Assembly (NCBI GenBank): GCA_951406725.2 | Contig: OX597836.1 | Location: 50,530,001 to 50,594,000, forward strand | Length of the DNA: 64,000 nt | Reading direction: 5' to 3' | DNA from: Octopus vulgaris | Taxonomy: Eukaryota | Part shown: piece by piece, positions 1-26,982 of the stretch | Layout: the number at the start of each line of letters is the position of its first letter | Numbering within the stretch: position 1 is the first letter of the stretch | Position numbers and translations under genes: made by a program | The notes under the pieces: generated by a model | Databases searched by the model: none | What the model was told of the DNA's origin: nothing | Seen by the model: only the letters and a program-made list of their open reading frames with translations

Positions 1-1244
1 AACTCTTGAATGAGTTGAACACAAGGCAAGGGCGACAACTCCAGATTTACTAAAGAAAACCACTGGAGAGGGATGGCAGAATGGTTAAGACGCTGGGGAA
101 AACGCTTAGCGGCATTTCGTCCGTCTTTAGGTTCCCAAGTTCAAATTTCGCCGGGGTCGATAAAATAATTACCAGTTAAACACAGGATCGACTTCCGCCC
201 TCCTCAGTTTCCATAATCCAGTGTTTCTCTTTAACGATATTATATGAAGGCAATTTGGCTTCTTTTTTCCAATGAGAAATTATATTTGCTTGGATTATGA
301 TAACCAGAAGCTATCGATCCATTACGAAGAGTGTACATGGTGAGAGGAAGAAATGGGAACAGCTATTTCCTCATTGCTTTTTTAATATTAACCTCCTTTC
401 AATAGATGAGGTAGCAACATCTTGTGTACACACATGCACTCTTTCCCTCTCTCTCGTATGCATGTATGTACGTACATAATTATAGAAGGTGGTGCCTGAA
501 AAAGTAATCCAGATTTTGTAGCATAGATACAGAAATAAAATTTATATACAAAAATGCCTCCAGCCTTTCGTCTGCAAGTGTCATTGTGTTATTTCAACCA
601 CTTGTAACTGCAATTCAGAAGCCGTGTGTTATAATTTACTCGTTTCCTCTTTTCATCCACTTTTAATTGCTGTCATCATCATCATCGTTTAACGTCCGCT
701 TTCCATGCTGGCATGGGTTGGACATATACTGGTGAAATGATATGGCTCCAACTCTAGATTTTTCAATTACCTGCAGACATGACATCCTGCTTATGTGAGG
801 CTGCTGTCCTACTTTCCATGTTGATTCAAACTGTAGGGTCGTGTTGTTTTGGGACATTGTGTACTGACTCTGTAGTGTGTCACTTCTAAAGCAACAACTG
901 TAGCATTCCCTTTGCTGATAAGCCTTTACCCAGAAACTTGACTTCAAAAATTTTAATCATTTGCTTAACAGAACCCTTTCTCTCATATGCTTTCACAATC
1001 TCCACTCTTTCTGCTATAGAGTCTGTCACCTTGCAGAACAGGCTAGCGATGACCCCGTCAATGTAATCTCACAACCATCTAATGTGCTGAGGTTAACAGA
1101 GCAGACAGTCAACCAGTTCATCATCTTTGTTCAGCAGTTACAGCAATTACAAATAACACAATGACACTCACTTGTGAAAGGCTGGATGCTTTTTCATGTC
1201 CATGAAATATTTCTGTATTTACACTATGCTATGGAAAATCAGGC

Positions 1245-1590
1245 TACTTGTTTCAGTCATTTGTCTGCGGCCATGCTGGAGCACCACCTTTAGTTGAACA
1301 AATCGACCGCAGGACTTATTCTTTGTAAACCTAGTACTTATTCTATCAGTTTCTTTTTGCCGAACCACTAAGTTACGGGGACATAATATATATGTATGTA
1401 TATATATATATATATATAATACATAATAACATGACGGGCTTCTTTCAGTTTCTATCTACCAAATCCACTCACAAGTCTTTGGTTGGCCTGAGGCTATAGA
1501 AGAAGACACTTACCCAAGGTAACATGCAGTGGGACTGAACCCAGAACCATGTGGTTGGTAAGCTAGTTACTTACCACACAGCCACTCCTG
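1245..1590 (-). mobile_element. tRNA-derived SINE (octopus OR-type family)
   Basis: Reverse complement of head ggagtggctgtgtggtaag...ggttcagtcccactgc (A/B boxes), central microsatellite, tail gcatggccgcag..aaatgactgaaacaag. Many copies in the window. Confidence 0.8.
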
Positions 1591-1605
1591 TATCTATATG
1601 CATAT

Positions 1606-3300
1606 ATCATCATCATCATCATCATCATCATTTAGCGTCCGTTTTCCATGCTAGCATGGGTTGGACGGTTCAACTGGGGTCTGGGGAGCCCGAAGGCTGC
1701 ACCAGGCCAGTCAGATCTGGCAGTGTTTCTACAGCTGGATGCCCTTCCTAACGCCAACCACTCCGAGAGTGTAGTGGGTGATTTTATGTGCCACCGACAC
1801 AGGTGCCAGACGAGGCTGGCGAACGGCCACGCTCGGATGGTGTTTTTATGTGCCACCGACACAGGTGCCAGACGAGGCTGGCAGACGGCCACGCTCGGAT
1901 GGTGTTTTTATGTGCCACCGACACAGGTGCCAGATGAGGCTGGCGGACGGCCACGATCGGATGGTGTTTGTTACGTCCCCAAAGCACGGAGGCCAGTCTA
2001 TGCGGTACTGGCTACGGCCACGTTCGGATGATTTTCTTGTGTGCCACCGGCACTGGTACCACAAAGATACAAATTCCATTGATGTTCATCTATTTTGATT
2101 TGTTTTGATTTGATTTGATTTGATTTTCACTTGCCTCAACAGGTCTTCACAAGTGTCACAAGAAGGAAGGTATGCACAGGTGGACTGACTACGTCCCAGG
2201 TAGGGGCCACGGGTTATGGCCTGACTAGTCTTGCCGGGTCTTCGGATGGTGTTTTTATGTGCCACCGACACAGGTGCCAGATGAGGCTGGCGAACGGCCA
2301 CGATCGGATGGTGTTTGTTGCGTGCCCACAGCACGGAGGCCAGTCGATGCGGTACTGGCTACGGCCACGTTCGGATGGTTTTCTTGTGTGCCACCGGCAC
2401 TGGTACCACAAGATACAAATTCCATTGATGTTCATCTATTTTGATTTGATTTGATTTGATTTTCACTTGCCTCAACAGCACTTGCCTCAACAGGTCTTCA
2501 CAGGTCTTCACAAGTGTCACAAGAAGGAAGGAAGGTATGCACAGGTGGACTGACTACGTCCCAAGTAGGGGCCATGGGTTATGGCCTGACTAGTCTTGCC
2601 GGGTCTTCGGTTGGTGTTTTTATGTGCCACCGACACAGGTGCTAGATGAGGCTGGCGGACGGCCACGATCGGATGGTGTTTGTTATGTGCCTACATCACA
2701 GAGGCCAGTCGATGCGGTACTGGCTACGGCCACGTTCGGATGGTTTTCTTGTGTGCCACCGGCACTGGTACCACAAAGATACAAATTCCATTGATGTTCA
2801 TCTATTTTGATTTGATTTGATTTGATTTGATTTGATTTTGATTTTCACTTGCCTCAACAGGTCTTCACAAGTGTCATAAGTAGGAAGGTATGCACAGGTG
2901 GACTGACTACGTCGCCGGGTCTTCGGATGGTGTTTTTATGTGCCACCGACACAGGTGCCAGATGAGGCTGGCGAACGGCCACGATCGGATGGTTTTCTTG
3001 TGTGCCACCGGTACTGGAACCACAAAGATACAAATTCCATTGATGTTCATCTATTTTGATTTGGTTTGATTTTCACTTGCCTCAACAGGTCTTCACAAGT
3101 TTGGTTTGATTTTCACTTGCCTCAACAGGTCTTCACAAGTGTCACACGTGTCACACACTTGCCTCAACACGTCTCCACAAGTGTCACACACTTGCCTCTG
3201 CCTCAACAGGTCTTCACAAAGTGTCACACACTTGCCTCTGCCTCAACAGGTCTTCACAAGTGTCACACACTTGCCTCAACAGGTCTTCACAAGTGTCATA
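1606..3300 (-). repeat. RTE-LINE 3' end with nested tandem duplications (about 61 bp units inside 316-365 bp higher-order units)
   Basis: (CAT)n tail plus the same 3'UTR as the LINE at 29050-31365. The unit cggatggtgtttttatgtgccaccgacacaggtg recurs at ~1897, 2243, 2608 and 2924, and the array ends in a cacttgcctcaacaggtcttcacaagtgtca minisatellite. Confidence 0.8.
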
Positions 3301-4307
3301 AGAGGGAATATATATATGTAAGAATTAGCACTTCCTTCTCTAAGCCTAGATTCGAAATCGAATCCAAGAATCATCGATCGTCCAAACCAATGCAATTAAA
3401 GGCGCGAAATTTAAGAATCCCTTTGTTCATCTCCCTTTGACCTGCGACCTTCAGCCATATTGGGCTGAGTTCAAATGGACAAGTGCTGACCTAAATAAGC
3501 ACTGTCTCTGTTACGATATGACTGTCTTTCTAGCTGTCACAAATATTATAAATACAAGGGAAAAAACAGAGAAGCGGAGACGGCAGCAGACAGATCTATC
3601 TCGCCCCGCATTTTGGTAGACGACAGACAGAGAGAAATGCTCACAGTATCTATCGACTACTGTTTCGATTGAAAGACACACACACACACACAAACATATT
3701 CATTTTTAATATGTGCTCTATACAAGCAATTCGTAGCATTTGCTTACATTTGTATGCAGTGTACTTATAACCCTGTAAATAAATCCCTTTTAATCATGAA
3801 ACGGTTTATGTATTTGTTTACATACACACACATCCACTACATATATAAACCATGCCAGCATGGAAGGTAGACGGTAAACGATGATGATGATGATATATAC
3901 ACAATGGCCTCTCCCATCAAAGATGATGTATGAACATTCAGCTTTTGCCAAACAACCTGCACAAATGATTTGCTTATAGTGATCAAATTTACATAACATA
4001 CATTAGCTCACTCCCTCCATCAAACTGACATTGTCTGGCCAGGCACTCAGCATACCACAAAGCATCACCATTATCATTTAATGTTTGGCATGGATCAGAT
4101 AATACAAAAAGATTTGATGATCCACAAGGCTGCATTGTAATCCAATGTCAGCTTTAGCGAGGTTTCTATGACTGGATGCCCTTCTAATGCCAACCACTTT
4201 ACAGAGTGTACTGGATGCTTTATGCATGCCACCGGCACAAGTACGGTTGCCGAGTAACTTGCCAGACAAGAAAGAACAAGGATAAGGGAAAAGGTGGGGG
4301 CTTTCTA

Positions 4308-5223
4308 TCAGGTCATCCCATAAGTTGAAGATGAAGATCGAACAGGACGTCCAGTTGAGTTTCATGATTAGCTCCTTGAAGCATTACTTGAAGAAAATCC
4401 TGCATTATCAGTTGAAGAATTGGCAATAAAGCTTAGTTCAAACCATGCAACTGTTCATCGTCATTTTCAACAACTCAGAGAGGTTCCTAATCTTGGAAAA
4501 TGGGTGCCTCATGAATTGTCCGAAAGCAACCGCAAATCCTGAGTTGACATCTGCTCTCCTCTCCATTCTTGTGAACTCATTTCACCCTTTTTGGATAGAC
4601 TTGTGACTTGTGATGAAAAATGGATCTTCTATCGAAATGTTAAATGTCGTAAACAGTGGCTTGGTAAAAGGGAAAAAGCTCAACCACAACCGAGAAGGGA
4701 ACTTCATGGGAAAAAGGTTCTTCTCTCTATCTGGGGGGATTGCAAAGGAGTAATTCTCTTTGAATTGTTACCACCTAATGCAACAATCAATGCTCAAGTT
4801 TGAACCAAGCTTTGAAGTAAAAAATACCCGCTTTAGTGAATCGAAAAGGAGTGATGTTTCATCAGGACAATGTGTGACCCCACACTGCAAAAATCACATC
4901 ACAGAAGATCAAAGAGCTTGGTTGGGAAAACATTCCCCGTCCACCTTATTCTTCCGACTTTGCTCTTTCAGACTACCATTTGTTTCGTAGTTTACAGAAT
5001 CATTTGTGGGACATAATTTTCGCAAGCCAGGAAGAGGCTGAAACTGACATTTCAGAGTTCTTCGCTTTCAAACCATTGATGGGATTAAAAAGCTTGTAAA
5101 TAAATGGAAGGAAGTCATAGATAATCAGGGAAGTACTTTGATGATTAAATTTCAATTAAATATAATATTTGATCACTTGTTTACTTTATTCAGAATTCGG
5201 ACAGAACTTATGGGATGACCTGA
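4308..5223 (+). mobile_element. Mariner (DD34D-type) transposon relic, internally deleted
   Basis: 19 bp TIRs tcaggtcatcccataagtt / aacttatgggatgacctga with flanking TA. Degenerate transposase with WVPHEL, TCDEKW, FHQDN and SDYHLF motifs, carrying stops and frameshifts. Confidence 0.9.
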
Positions 5224-6226
5224 TATATTAAGTGGTGTTGGAGTATTTGAGATGGTGGCAAGGTAGCTTTAGGTCAAAGACCAACAGAGATGGAGATAAC
5301 TTGCTACAGAGAAGGTACATAGATATCCCACATCGTTTAAGGATGAGATTATCTGGGAAAAGAAGGTTGCTTTGCAACTCCTGGTTTTGAGTTCAGTCCC
5401 ACTGCTTGGCGACTTGGACATAGGTCTTCAATTATAAGCCCAGGTCAATTAATGCCTTATGAGTAAATCTGGTACATGGAAGCCATCATATAAATACACA
5501 CACACACACACAAATCTATGTGTGTGTGTGTGTGTGTGTGGTTGTTACCACCCATCACCACTTGATGGCCTTGTATTCATTTATTTGTGACCCTGTAACT
5601 GAGTGGACCGGCAAAAGAGATTGATAGAATACATATCTGACAAACTATAAGTAGTGTTTGACTTAAATCTCTTAAAAGCAGTGCCCCAGCATGGCCACAG
5701 TCCAATGACAGAAACAAGTAAATGGTAAAAGATACACACATACATACCCACTATATATACAGATATATATGTGTGTGTGTACATGTATATATGTTTATAT
5801 ATCTATATATGCTTTTATATATATATAATATATACATACATACATTCATACATCAGGTGTGTCTTTGCTTGATGGTTACATAACTCTCTAAAATAGGATT
5901 AAAATACATACAAACACATACACACACACAAACATGTATGCACACAGACGTGTAAGTGTGTGTGTGTGTGTGTGTGTGCTTAATTACTTGACATTGAGAC
6001 AGAATTGAATTGTGTGGAACAGAAGGACTCGTCTCTTTCTTGCTTGGTCTGGTGATTTCAGGTCAGAAACATAGGAAAACAAAAACTGTCTTTCTTTTAT
6101 TGAAATTTCTGCTGCTGACACACGAAATATTTTGTGCACACAAAATATACTTATGTATTTTTCCCTTGTAAGTAGAATATATTTTTTTAAAAAGTAAAAT
6201 GTAGTTTTAAACATTATAAAATTTAA

Positions 6227-6456
6227 AGTAAAGATTATTTGCCAACATAACATGGCAGTCCTGGTTTAGGATGAATGTTGCTGTAATTTAGTCCCAGGAG
6301 ACATTGTCTCCAGCTGCCTATACGACACAATCTGTGACCTTATATTTTCAAACAAGGGAATCTAGCACCTCCACTTATCTCAGAATCATATCTGTGTATT
6401 GTAATTCCCAGGTTATTTCCAGGACTGCCATGTTATGTTGGCAAACAATCTTTACT
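6227..6456. mobile_element. MITE-like element
   Basis: ~38 bp terminal inverted repeats agtaaagattatttgccaacataacatggcagtcctgg / ccaggactgccatgttatgttggcaaacaatctttact. Confidence 0.7.
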
Positions 6457-8174
6457 CCAAAATACTGTTGCTGAATATCTCTCGTTGTGAGATTTAAAAA
6501 TAGTCATTTTCTAATCATAAAATTTACTTTGCTATTCAAATATATGTTCCTCTTGTAGCCATTCTTAGCTCAGTCATCCTATGTTGTTCTCGCAAGCCAA
6601 GAAGCAAAACTTTGTATTATTATTATTTTTCTTTTTATCTCAGGTACAACTCATTTTTGTCTAACGAGTGGAGCAACGTGAAATGTTTCGTTCAAGGACA
6701 TAAAATGCCTCCAGGGGTCGAACTAACGACCTTACCATTGAGAGCTGATTACCCCAACCACAAAACCATGTGCATTCACTACATACATACATACATTTAT
6801 ACATATACACATGCATACACACATAAATACGTACACACATACACATACATATGTACATTGTACATACACACACACACATACACACACATACATACACACA
6901 CATACATACACACACATACACACACACACACACACTTTGTCACAAAGTGACACATGTACGGCATCAGCAAAATGCATTAAACTTTCTCAAATTCTTCAAA
7001 AACTTGCTCTTAATCTCGCATTGTGGCTCCTATAGAAAATGTCTGCCTCATGATCATGCTTCACCTGCTAGAAATAGCTGCTAAATCTTCCCTCATATCC
7101 CATCTCGCAAATCCAGACTCAATTGTGGCTACCCAATAAAATTCTTAGTAGTATTTCGCCCGTTGCTACAGTCTGTGTTCAAATTCTGCTGGGGTTGACT
7201 TTGCCTTTCATCCTTTTGGGGTCAATGAAATAACTACCAGTTACACACTGGGGTTGATGTAATTGACTAGTCCCCTCCCCACTAATTTTAGACCTTGTGC
7301 CTATAGCAGAAAGGATTATTATTATTATTTTTTGTTTGACTTTTGCTTTGTATTTGTACAAGTTGACTCCAGGTCTCACCCAGAAACCTCAAGAGACAAC
7401 AAGTTAGAAGTTCAAGTCGGTATTATGCCTAGGGTGTCATATATTTGGTTTTGTAGATAGTGTTGTTCTAGAGAATGTTTAAGAAAACATAAGAAAATTA
7501 TGAGTTTGTTTTAAAAGTTGAGATTACATAGACAGAATTTTATGTAGGATATGGGCAGTTCGCATGAGCACTATCTTTTGAATTTCTGCCATTTTGGGGT
7601 TTCCTGGTATCTAAGCTAGGTAGCAATCAGCCCCTTTTGCTATCATTTCCAGGGAACCTATGACAACAGGTATTGTTTTAGTCTTGAGGCTCCACATTTT
7701 GCCAATTTCTATTTCAAGATCTTTATACTTGCTCAGCTTTTGGTAGGTCTTGACATTTATGTCGATTGAGACAGTCATATCAATGAGAAGGCAGGATTTT
7801 TATCTGAAGTCTTTCAATATAATGCCTGGCCTATTCACATATATCTTTCTGTCAGTTTATTATTATTATTATAAATAAGGCAGTGAGCTGGCAGAATCAT
7901 CGGCATGCTGGTCTTGTACCAATAATTTGAAAAATTTATTGTTGTTATTTAGAACAAAAATGGTAAAGGAAAATCTACCCATTTACCTTCTAATAACTCA
8001 CCTCTTCCTTCTCGTCCTCTCTCTCTCTCTCTCTCTCTTTCCTACTCACCCATTCAAATATGTACCCCTCCCCACTAATTCTGATGCTTTACTCCTAAAT
8101 GGTCCCTCATCAAATCCTACATCAAAATGATTTAATTTTCTATTCTTGTTCCTCACCAAACTCTCAGCTCAACC

Positions 8175-20942
<12,768 letters not shown>

Positions 20943-22221
20943 GACTTTCTTGTATCAGGTCCAAGGGTCTCAGAAAACTAAGCCTAAATGAGAAGTTATG
21001 GCTTTCATGTATTTCACTTCATAATAATTCTTTCTAATTTTGGCACAAGGCCAGCAATTTTAGGGAAAGTCAAGTCATTTACATTGACCCCTAGTACTTG
21101 ACTGGTACTTTATTATATCAACCCCAGAAGAATGAAAGGCAAAGTTAGCTCAAGTGGAATTTGAACACAAAATGTAATAATTCAGAAGAAACACCACTTG
21201 TCATTTTTTCCGACACTCAAACGATTTTGCTTTTCACTTCATAACAACAACAACAACCATGGAAAAAGGATAATTGTTTCTAATATAGGCATGGGACCAG
21301 AATCAACCCCAAGGAGAAGTAAAAATCTCTTGATCATCCTGTTTGAAGTTACTTATAGGAAATCTCTGCTTGTCTCAGAAAAAGATAATGTGTAAATACC
21401 ATAGAACAGCTGAGCTTAACATCATATTTCAGAGTGAAAATGGCAATAGCTAAATAAATCCTTGACATAACAAGACCAAATGACTATAATTGTGGGAAGA
21501 AGTGAGGTGAAGAGTTAAAGAATTGTACCATTCTTTGCTGAATCAAAAACCTTTGACAGTCAAGAAATAAAAGTAGAAATAAATAGAATATAAAATTGAA
21601 ATGATTTGGTTGCTTTTACTTATTGTTCTTCTGCCATTTTGTATCCTGCTGTTGAAGGTGTTTCATGAAAGAAGTTCAACTTTTGATCATCCTGCTGAAG
21701 TTGCTCCAGGGAGAAGTGTTACATGCATACATACATATGTATGTACATAGATACATACGTACATGCATATTTGGAATCAAAATCCATCGACAAGGTTACA
21801 GAAGCGATGAAAATTTTGGAATGGAACAAATATAAATCATGAACGAATGGAAATTGAACCAGTGAGTGTGTTCGTTACTAAAGCAGTCTCCAGATGCAAC
21901 AATTGCTTTTCTTTTCTTTTCTGTTTCTTTTGTTTTTATGGTTTCTAAGAGCAAAAAAAAAAGGCTCAAATCGGTCTGGAGGGGGGGGGGGGGGGGTAGA
22001 AGAAATTTTCAAAAGTGCTTTTTTTTCTTTCATAGAAAGATGCCCCTCACCAATCAATGGCGGTACTATTGTATTACTGTATTTCGCGACAACCACTCAA
22101 GCAGAATATTATTGTTGCCTTCTCTTTCGCTAATCTCCTTCTGTTTTTGTTGTACGAGGTGGCAACATAATTTACACTTCGCTCTCCTCCTTTGCCCAAA
22201 AAAATCTAATCTACTCTTTTA

Positions 22222-22600
22222 CGTGTTTCAGTCATTTGACTGTGGCCATGCTGAAGCACCGCCTGTAATCGAGCAGGACTTATTCTTTGTAAGCCTAGTA
22301 CTTATTCTATCGGTCTCTTTTGCTGAACTGCTAAGTTATGGGGGACATAAACACACCAGCATCGGTTGTCAAGCGATGTTGGGGGGACAAACACAGATAC
22401 ACAAACATATACACACACATACATATATATATACATATATACGATGGGCTTCTTTCAGTTTCCGTCTACCAAATCCACTCACAAGGCTTTGCTCAGCCCA
22501 AGGCTATAGTAGAAGACACTTGCCCAAGGTACCATGCAGTGGGACTGAGCCTGGAACCATGTGGTTGGTAAGCAAGCTACTTAACACACAGCCACTCCTA
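22222..22600 (-). mobile_element. tRNA-derived SINE (OR-type)
   Basis: Near full-length copy of the family at 1245 and 32947. Confidence 0.8.
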
Positions 22601-22939
22601 CACCTATCTATTTAATTATTTATAGGGTCATTGAACCAATTTGAAATGTAAAGCAGAATGTTATAGAAAGCCTCATCACACGTTTCCCCTGTTAATTGTC
22701 ACCACAAGAACTCGTCCAAATCAGATGGTAGCATCTCTTCTGAAGTTCCATTCTTGTGTTTCAATCGCTCTTTCGTTTCTTTCCAATAACATTCTGCATG
22801 ATTCCTGCATACTCCATTCACATGATTCACAAAATTCTCAAGATTATTAACAGTCAAATGGTGAAATTGTGGTATCTCAGCGATTCCAGTCCAAATGGAT
22901 TTCTATTCTACATAGAACATTTTCCTCAATCAAAGGTAG

Positions 22940-23865
22940 CAATGACGCCGCTGACCTATCTGGAACAAAACAAATTAATCCAAGCCCTGTTGTTATGTTC
23001 TTCCCTCCAAGCGTCCATTTTGGGGCAACCACACGTCTGACATGCTACTTATTTCGCACCACTGTCCAAAGCCAACCAATCACGGCCTTTGGTTAAGGTC
23101 CCTTCTCCTAGGCTCTGTTGAGCCACCTTACTTGTATATAAAGGAATGTTCTCAGTATACTTAGTCTTTGGTTCTAGTCCTTCTAAGGACTAACCTCTGA
23201 CCACAGAGCTACTCAACATGTTCCAGTCACAGCGACAGACGATCAGCCACGACGACGCTAATGTACACTCACCACAGAACGCCTTCTATCTCCGCCGCCG
23301 TCGTCACCATCATTGTACCAACTTCAAGTCGTCTCTACCATCGTCGCCATCACCATCGTCCACTTCAGACATGTACGCACCAACCTCACAGATCCACGCT
23401 GTTAGAGTGAATCCCTTCACCAAGTAAAACAGTCCGTCTGAAGAATTCTATATTAAGAGAACCAGCTCGGCGATTGAGACCATGACCGTGGCTCGACAAT
23501 ATTCACCCAACCGGTCTCCCCACCGAGACACATCTTGATATTGAACTCTTACATATCGTGTACCTTATGAAATGTAAACCAATTTCCATCATTAACTCTA
23601 TGCTCTGTACTTTCTGTGTCACACGCTTTCACCCTTATTGTATCTGTCACCCACACGAACACACAGACACAAACACTTGTTGCATGCACACATACACAAC
23701 ACTTGCTAGCACTCACAACCTTCTAACCTTAATGCCAATTGTAAATAAAATCTTATCTTCTCTCAAACAGTGAAACGGCTTGTCGTCATTAATCTATATT
23801 CTGTTGGCACTGCGTTGTATAAATTGCATTTATAGCTTATCTTATTTCGTTAGGGATGCGACCGT
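22940..23865 (+). mobile_element. LTR-like dispersed repeat (copy 2)
   Basis: CCAAT (ccaatcacgg ~23076), TATA (tatataaagg ~23135) and AATAAA (~23744) in LTR order; homologous to 17810-18720. Confidence 0.6.
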
Positions 23866-24024
23866 GTGACTTACCTATGTCACCAACCTCCACATACGGT
23901 TGTATTTCCTACACATTTATTAGACCCAAGTAGGGTCTATCTTCTACATATGTGTATTAGTTGGTCTCCATATCTTGATATTTGTCTGGGTTCTTCTTGT
24001 GGTATTCTTTTATTTCTTTTTTCT

Positions 24025-24202
24025 TTTACTTGTTTCAGTCATTTGACTGCGGCCATGCTGGAGCACCACTTTTAGTCGAGCAAATCGACGCAGGACTTAT
24101 TCTTTGTAAGCCCAGTACTTATTCTATCGGTCTCTTTTACGAGGACGTAAACACACCAGCATCGGTTGTCAAGCAATGCTAGGGGGACAAACACACACAC
24201 AT

Positions 24203-24250
<48 letters not shown>

Positions 24251-24408
24251 GACAGGCTTTTTTCAGTTTTCATCTACCAAATCCACTCACACGGCATTGG
24301 TTGGCCCGGGGCTATAGCAGAAGACACTTGCCCAAGATGCCACGCAGTGGGACTGAACCCGGAACTATGTGGTTGGTTAGCAAGCTACTTACCACACAGC
24401 CACTCCTG
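24025..24408 (-). mobile_element. tRNA-derived SINE (OR-type)
   Basis: Near full-length copy with central (CA)/(TA) microsatellite. Confidence 0.8.
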
Positions 24409-24867
24409 CATATACATATCCATTTATCTAAATTATATTTCCTAATTCTCTATAGATGGGTATCAGCACATTTATATATGGAGGTTTATGTGTGTATTTT
24501 GTATATATATGATGATGATGATGATGATATATATATATATTTATTGATATATATAAATACATATACTCAGGTAAGTCTGCATATTTCTAGGCATGGTTTC
24601 TCATCCTCAGACTGTATTATGTTATTTTTATGAATGTAACGTGTATTCAAATGCTTCCCAAAATCTAGAGTTCACTTTAATGGTTTCAATGACACTACAG
24701 GATGTTGCACATGCATTCATCTTGTAGCAGAAACAACTGTAAGCTAATGAAGGAGATCATGTAAATCTTGTAGTTTTGTCATTCAATAAAAGATACACAC
24801 ACAGCTCACACTCATACATACACGCACACAATTATACATACATGTACACACACACACACACACACAA

Positions 24868-26044
24868 AGTGATGCTGTTGACATCGTTTTGCTGGACTTT
24901 GCCAAAGCTTTTGACTTGGTAAACCACCGCCTATTGCTTGTCAAGCTTCAAGCATATAGTTTCCATCCGGATATTGTACGATGGGTTGGTGCCTTCCTCT
25001 CAGATCGCTCCTTCCAAGTCCAAGTTAATGGTTCGCGGTCCGACGTCTCCAGTGCGAGCAGTGGTGTGCTCAAGGTTCAGTGCTTGGGCCCTTGTTGTTC
25101 TTAGTCTTCATAAATGACTTGCCCGATGACCTCACGCAACACACCCTTCTATTTGCCGACGATATCAAACTGGTCGCTCCTCGCGGTAATACAGAGGATC
25201 TTCGTCGATGCCTCCACCAAATTTGGAAGTGGTCTAACAATTGGGACCTGTGTCTGAACGTGTCAAAGTGCTGTCATCTGCCTGTCGGCTCTACTCCTGC
25301 AACTCAACTTGATTTCGAGCAGGGTCGTCTGCTGCTGGAGAGGACCGATCAGGTAAAGGACCTAGGTATCTTGGTGGATTCCTCCTTTTCGCCTTCGGCC
25401 CAGTGCGTCCATGCTGCCAACAAAGCACGCGGAATTCTGTTCTTGATTCGACGGTCATTCGGAATGCTCACAGCAGCCATATTCCTACCACTCTATGTCA
25501 CGCTGGTGAGACCCATATTGGAGTATGGGATTCAAGCCTCTTCTCCTTATCTCCTCAAAGACATACAGCATCTCGAAAGAGTCCAGAAGCTGGCTACCCA
25601 CATGGTTCATGGTCTCAAAAATTTGTCCTACGAAGAAAGGCTGAGGACGCTCGACCTTTATTCTCTTGAAAAACGCCGCTGCCGTGGTGATCTCATTCTC
25701 GCCCACAACATCATAAGCGGAAAGTGTAACCTCTCGAAAGAGCTGTTCTTCACTCCTGCTCCAGAGCGTCAGCTGCGGGGTCATTCCGAAAAGCTCTACC
25801 TGCGACGATTTCATCTCAATCGAAGGAGAGGAGCTTTCTCCGTCCGGGTTGCGGATCCGTGGAACAAGCTGCCAGACGAGATGGTGAAGATGCCAACGAC
25901 CGCTTTGTTCAAAGCCTCCCTTGACCTCAAGTGGCCTGAACTCTTTACATGAATACCACCCTGTACCTAACTCCATGTCCCCCTACATGGCCTTGCTATT
26001 TGCTTTTGAGCCAAATTAACTAACTAACTAACTAACTAACTAAC
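24868..26044 (+). mobile_element. 5'-truncated CR1-clade LINE (RT C-terminal half)
   Basis: LDFAKAFDLVNH, SGV..(frameshift ~25070)..LGPLLFLVFINDL, LFADD, KDLGI, LERVQ..AT, RGHSEKL; (TAAC)n tail; inserted in a CA tract. Confidence 0.92.
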
Positions 26045-26454
26045 AAAAACAATACACAGACTAAAGTACAGTTACTCCACACACACATCCCCACTGATAT
26101 ACACGTACACAGACAGACACACACATACATACACACACACACTACATATACATACATGTACCCATACACATATGCACGCACAAGCACACACGCACACATA
26201 CACAGAGTAAAGTACAGTTACTCCCCCACACACAACCCCTATGCATACACACACGAACACACACATACATACATAACACACACACACTACATATACATAC
26301 ACGCACACACTACATATACATACACGCACACACTACATATACATACACGCACACACACATACTTCAGACTACCAGTACCTTCTACTGACCATTCACCTAT
26401 GCCCATGTGTAGGTAGACACACAACAGACAGCCACTCCTACCAAAATTCTTAAC

Positions 26455-26726
26455 ATAAATTCTTCCTATGACCTTAAAGGATACCAAGCCCAACCACACA
26501 CATAGATAAACAGCCACAACCACGCATACACACGTGCTATCATTACACACACAAATACACACACACACACACACCTGCACGCACGAACATACCCACAGGT
26601 ATGTTCGTGCGTGCAGGTGTGTGTGTGCGTGTGTGTAATGATAGCACGTGTGTATGTGTGGTTGTGGCTGTTTATCTATGTGTGTGGTTGGGCTTGGTAT
26701 CCTTTAAGGTCATAGGAAGAATTTAT
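26455..26726. repeat. ~270 bp near-perfect hairpin (fold-back)
   Basis: ataaattcttcctatgaccttaaaggatacc...gaacatacc-caca-ggtatgttc...ggtatcctttaaggtcataggaagaatttat. Confidence 0.88.
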
Positions 26727-26946
26727 ACTTCCTTCTCTTGCACTCTCCTGTCTTTGAAAGAACTTTTTCTTCACCCATTTCCTTCTGGTCATTTCAATAT
26801 GTGACCGTGTGTGTATAGTTGGCGATTTTCTTTCTCCGTCTTCCCTTCTTTGGACTGTACTTATTCCACGTCCTCGCGTTGTTGTGTTTTCTCTTTGTTC
26901 ATGTTTGGATTAACTATATATATATATATATATATACATATATATA

Positions 26947-26979
<33 letters not shown>

Positions 26980-26982
<3 letters not shown>

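Noticed and set aside
1780-3060. CRISPR-like appearance of regularly spaced repeats (also 29230-29950)
   Set aside because: The units are contiguous tandem repeats without unique spacers, lie in a LINE 3'UTR in eukaryotic DNA, and there are no cas genes.
21866-22615. 249 aa ORF and the many HT/YI/CV-rich short ORFs in the track
   Set aside because: These are translations of SINEs and (CA)n/(TA)n microsatellites with no protein motifs.
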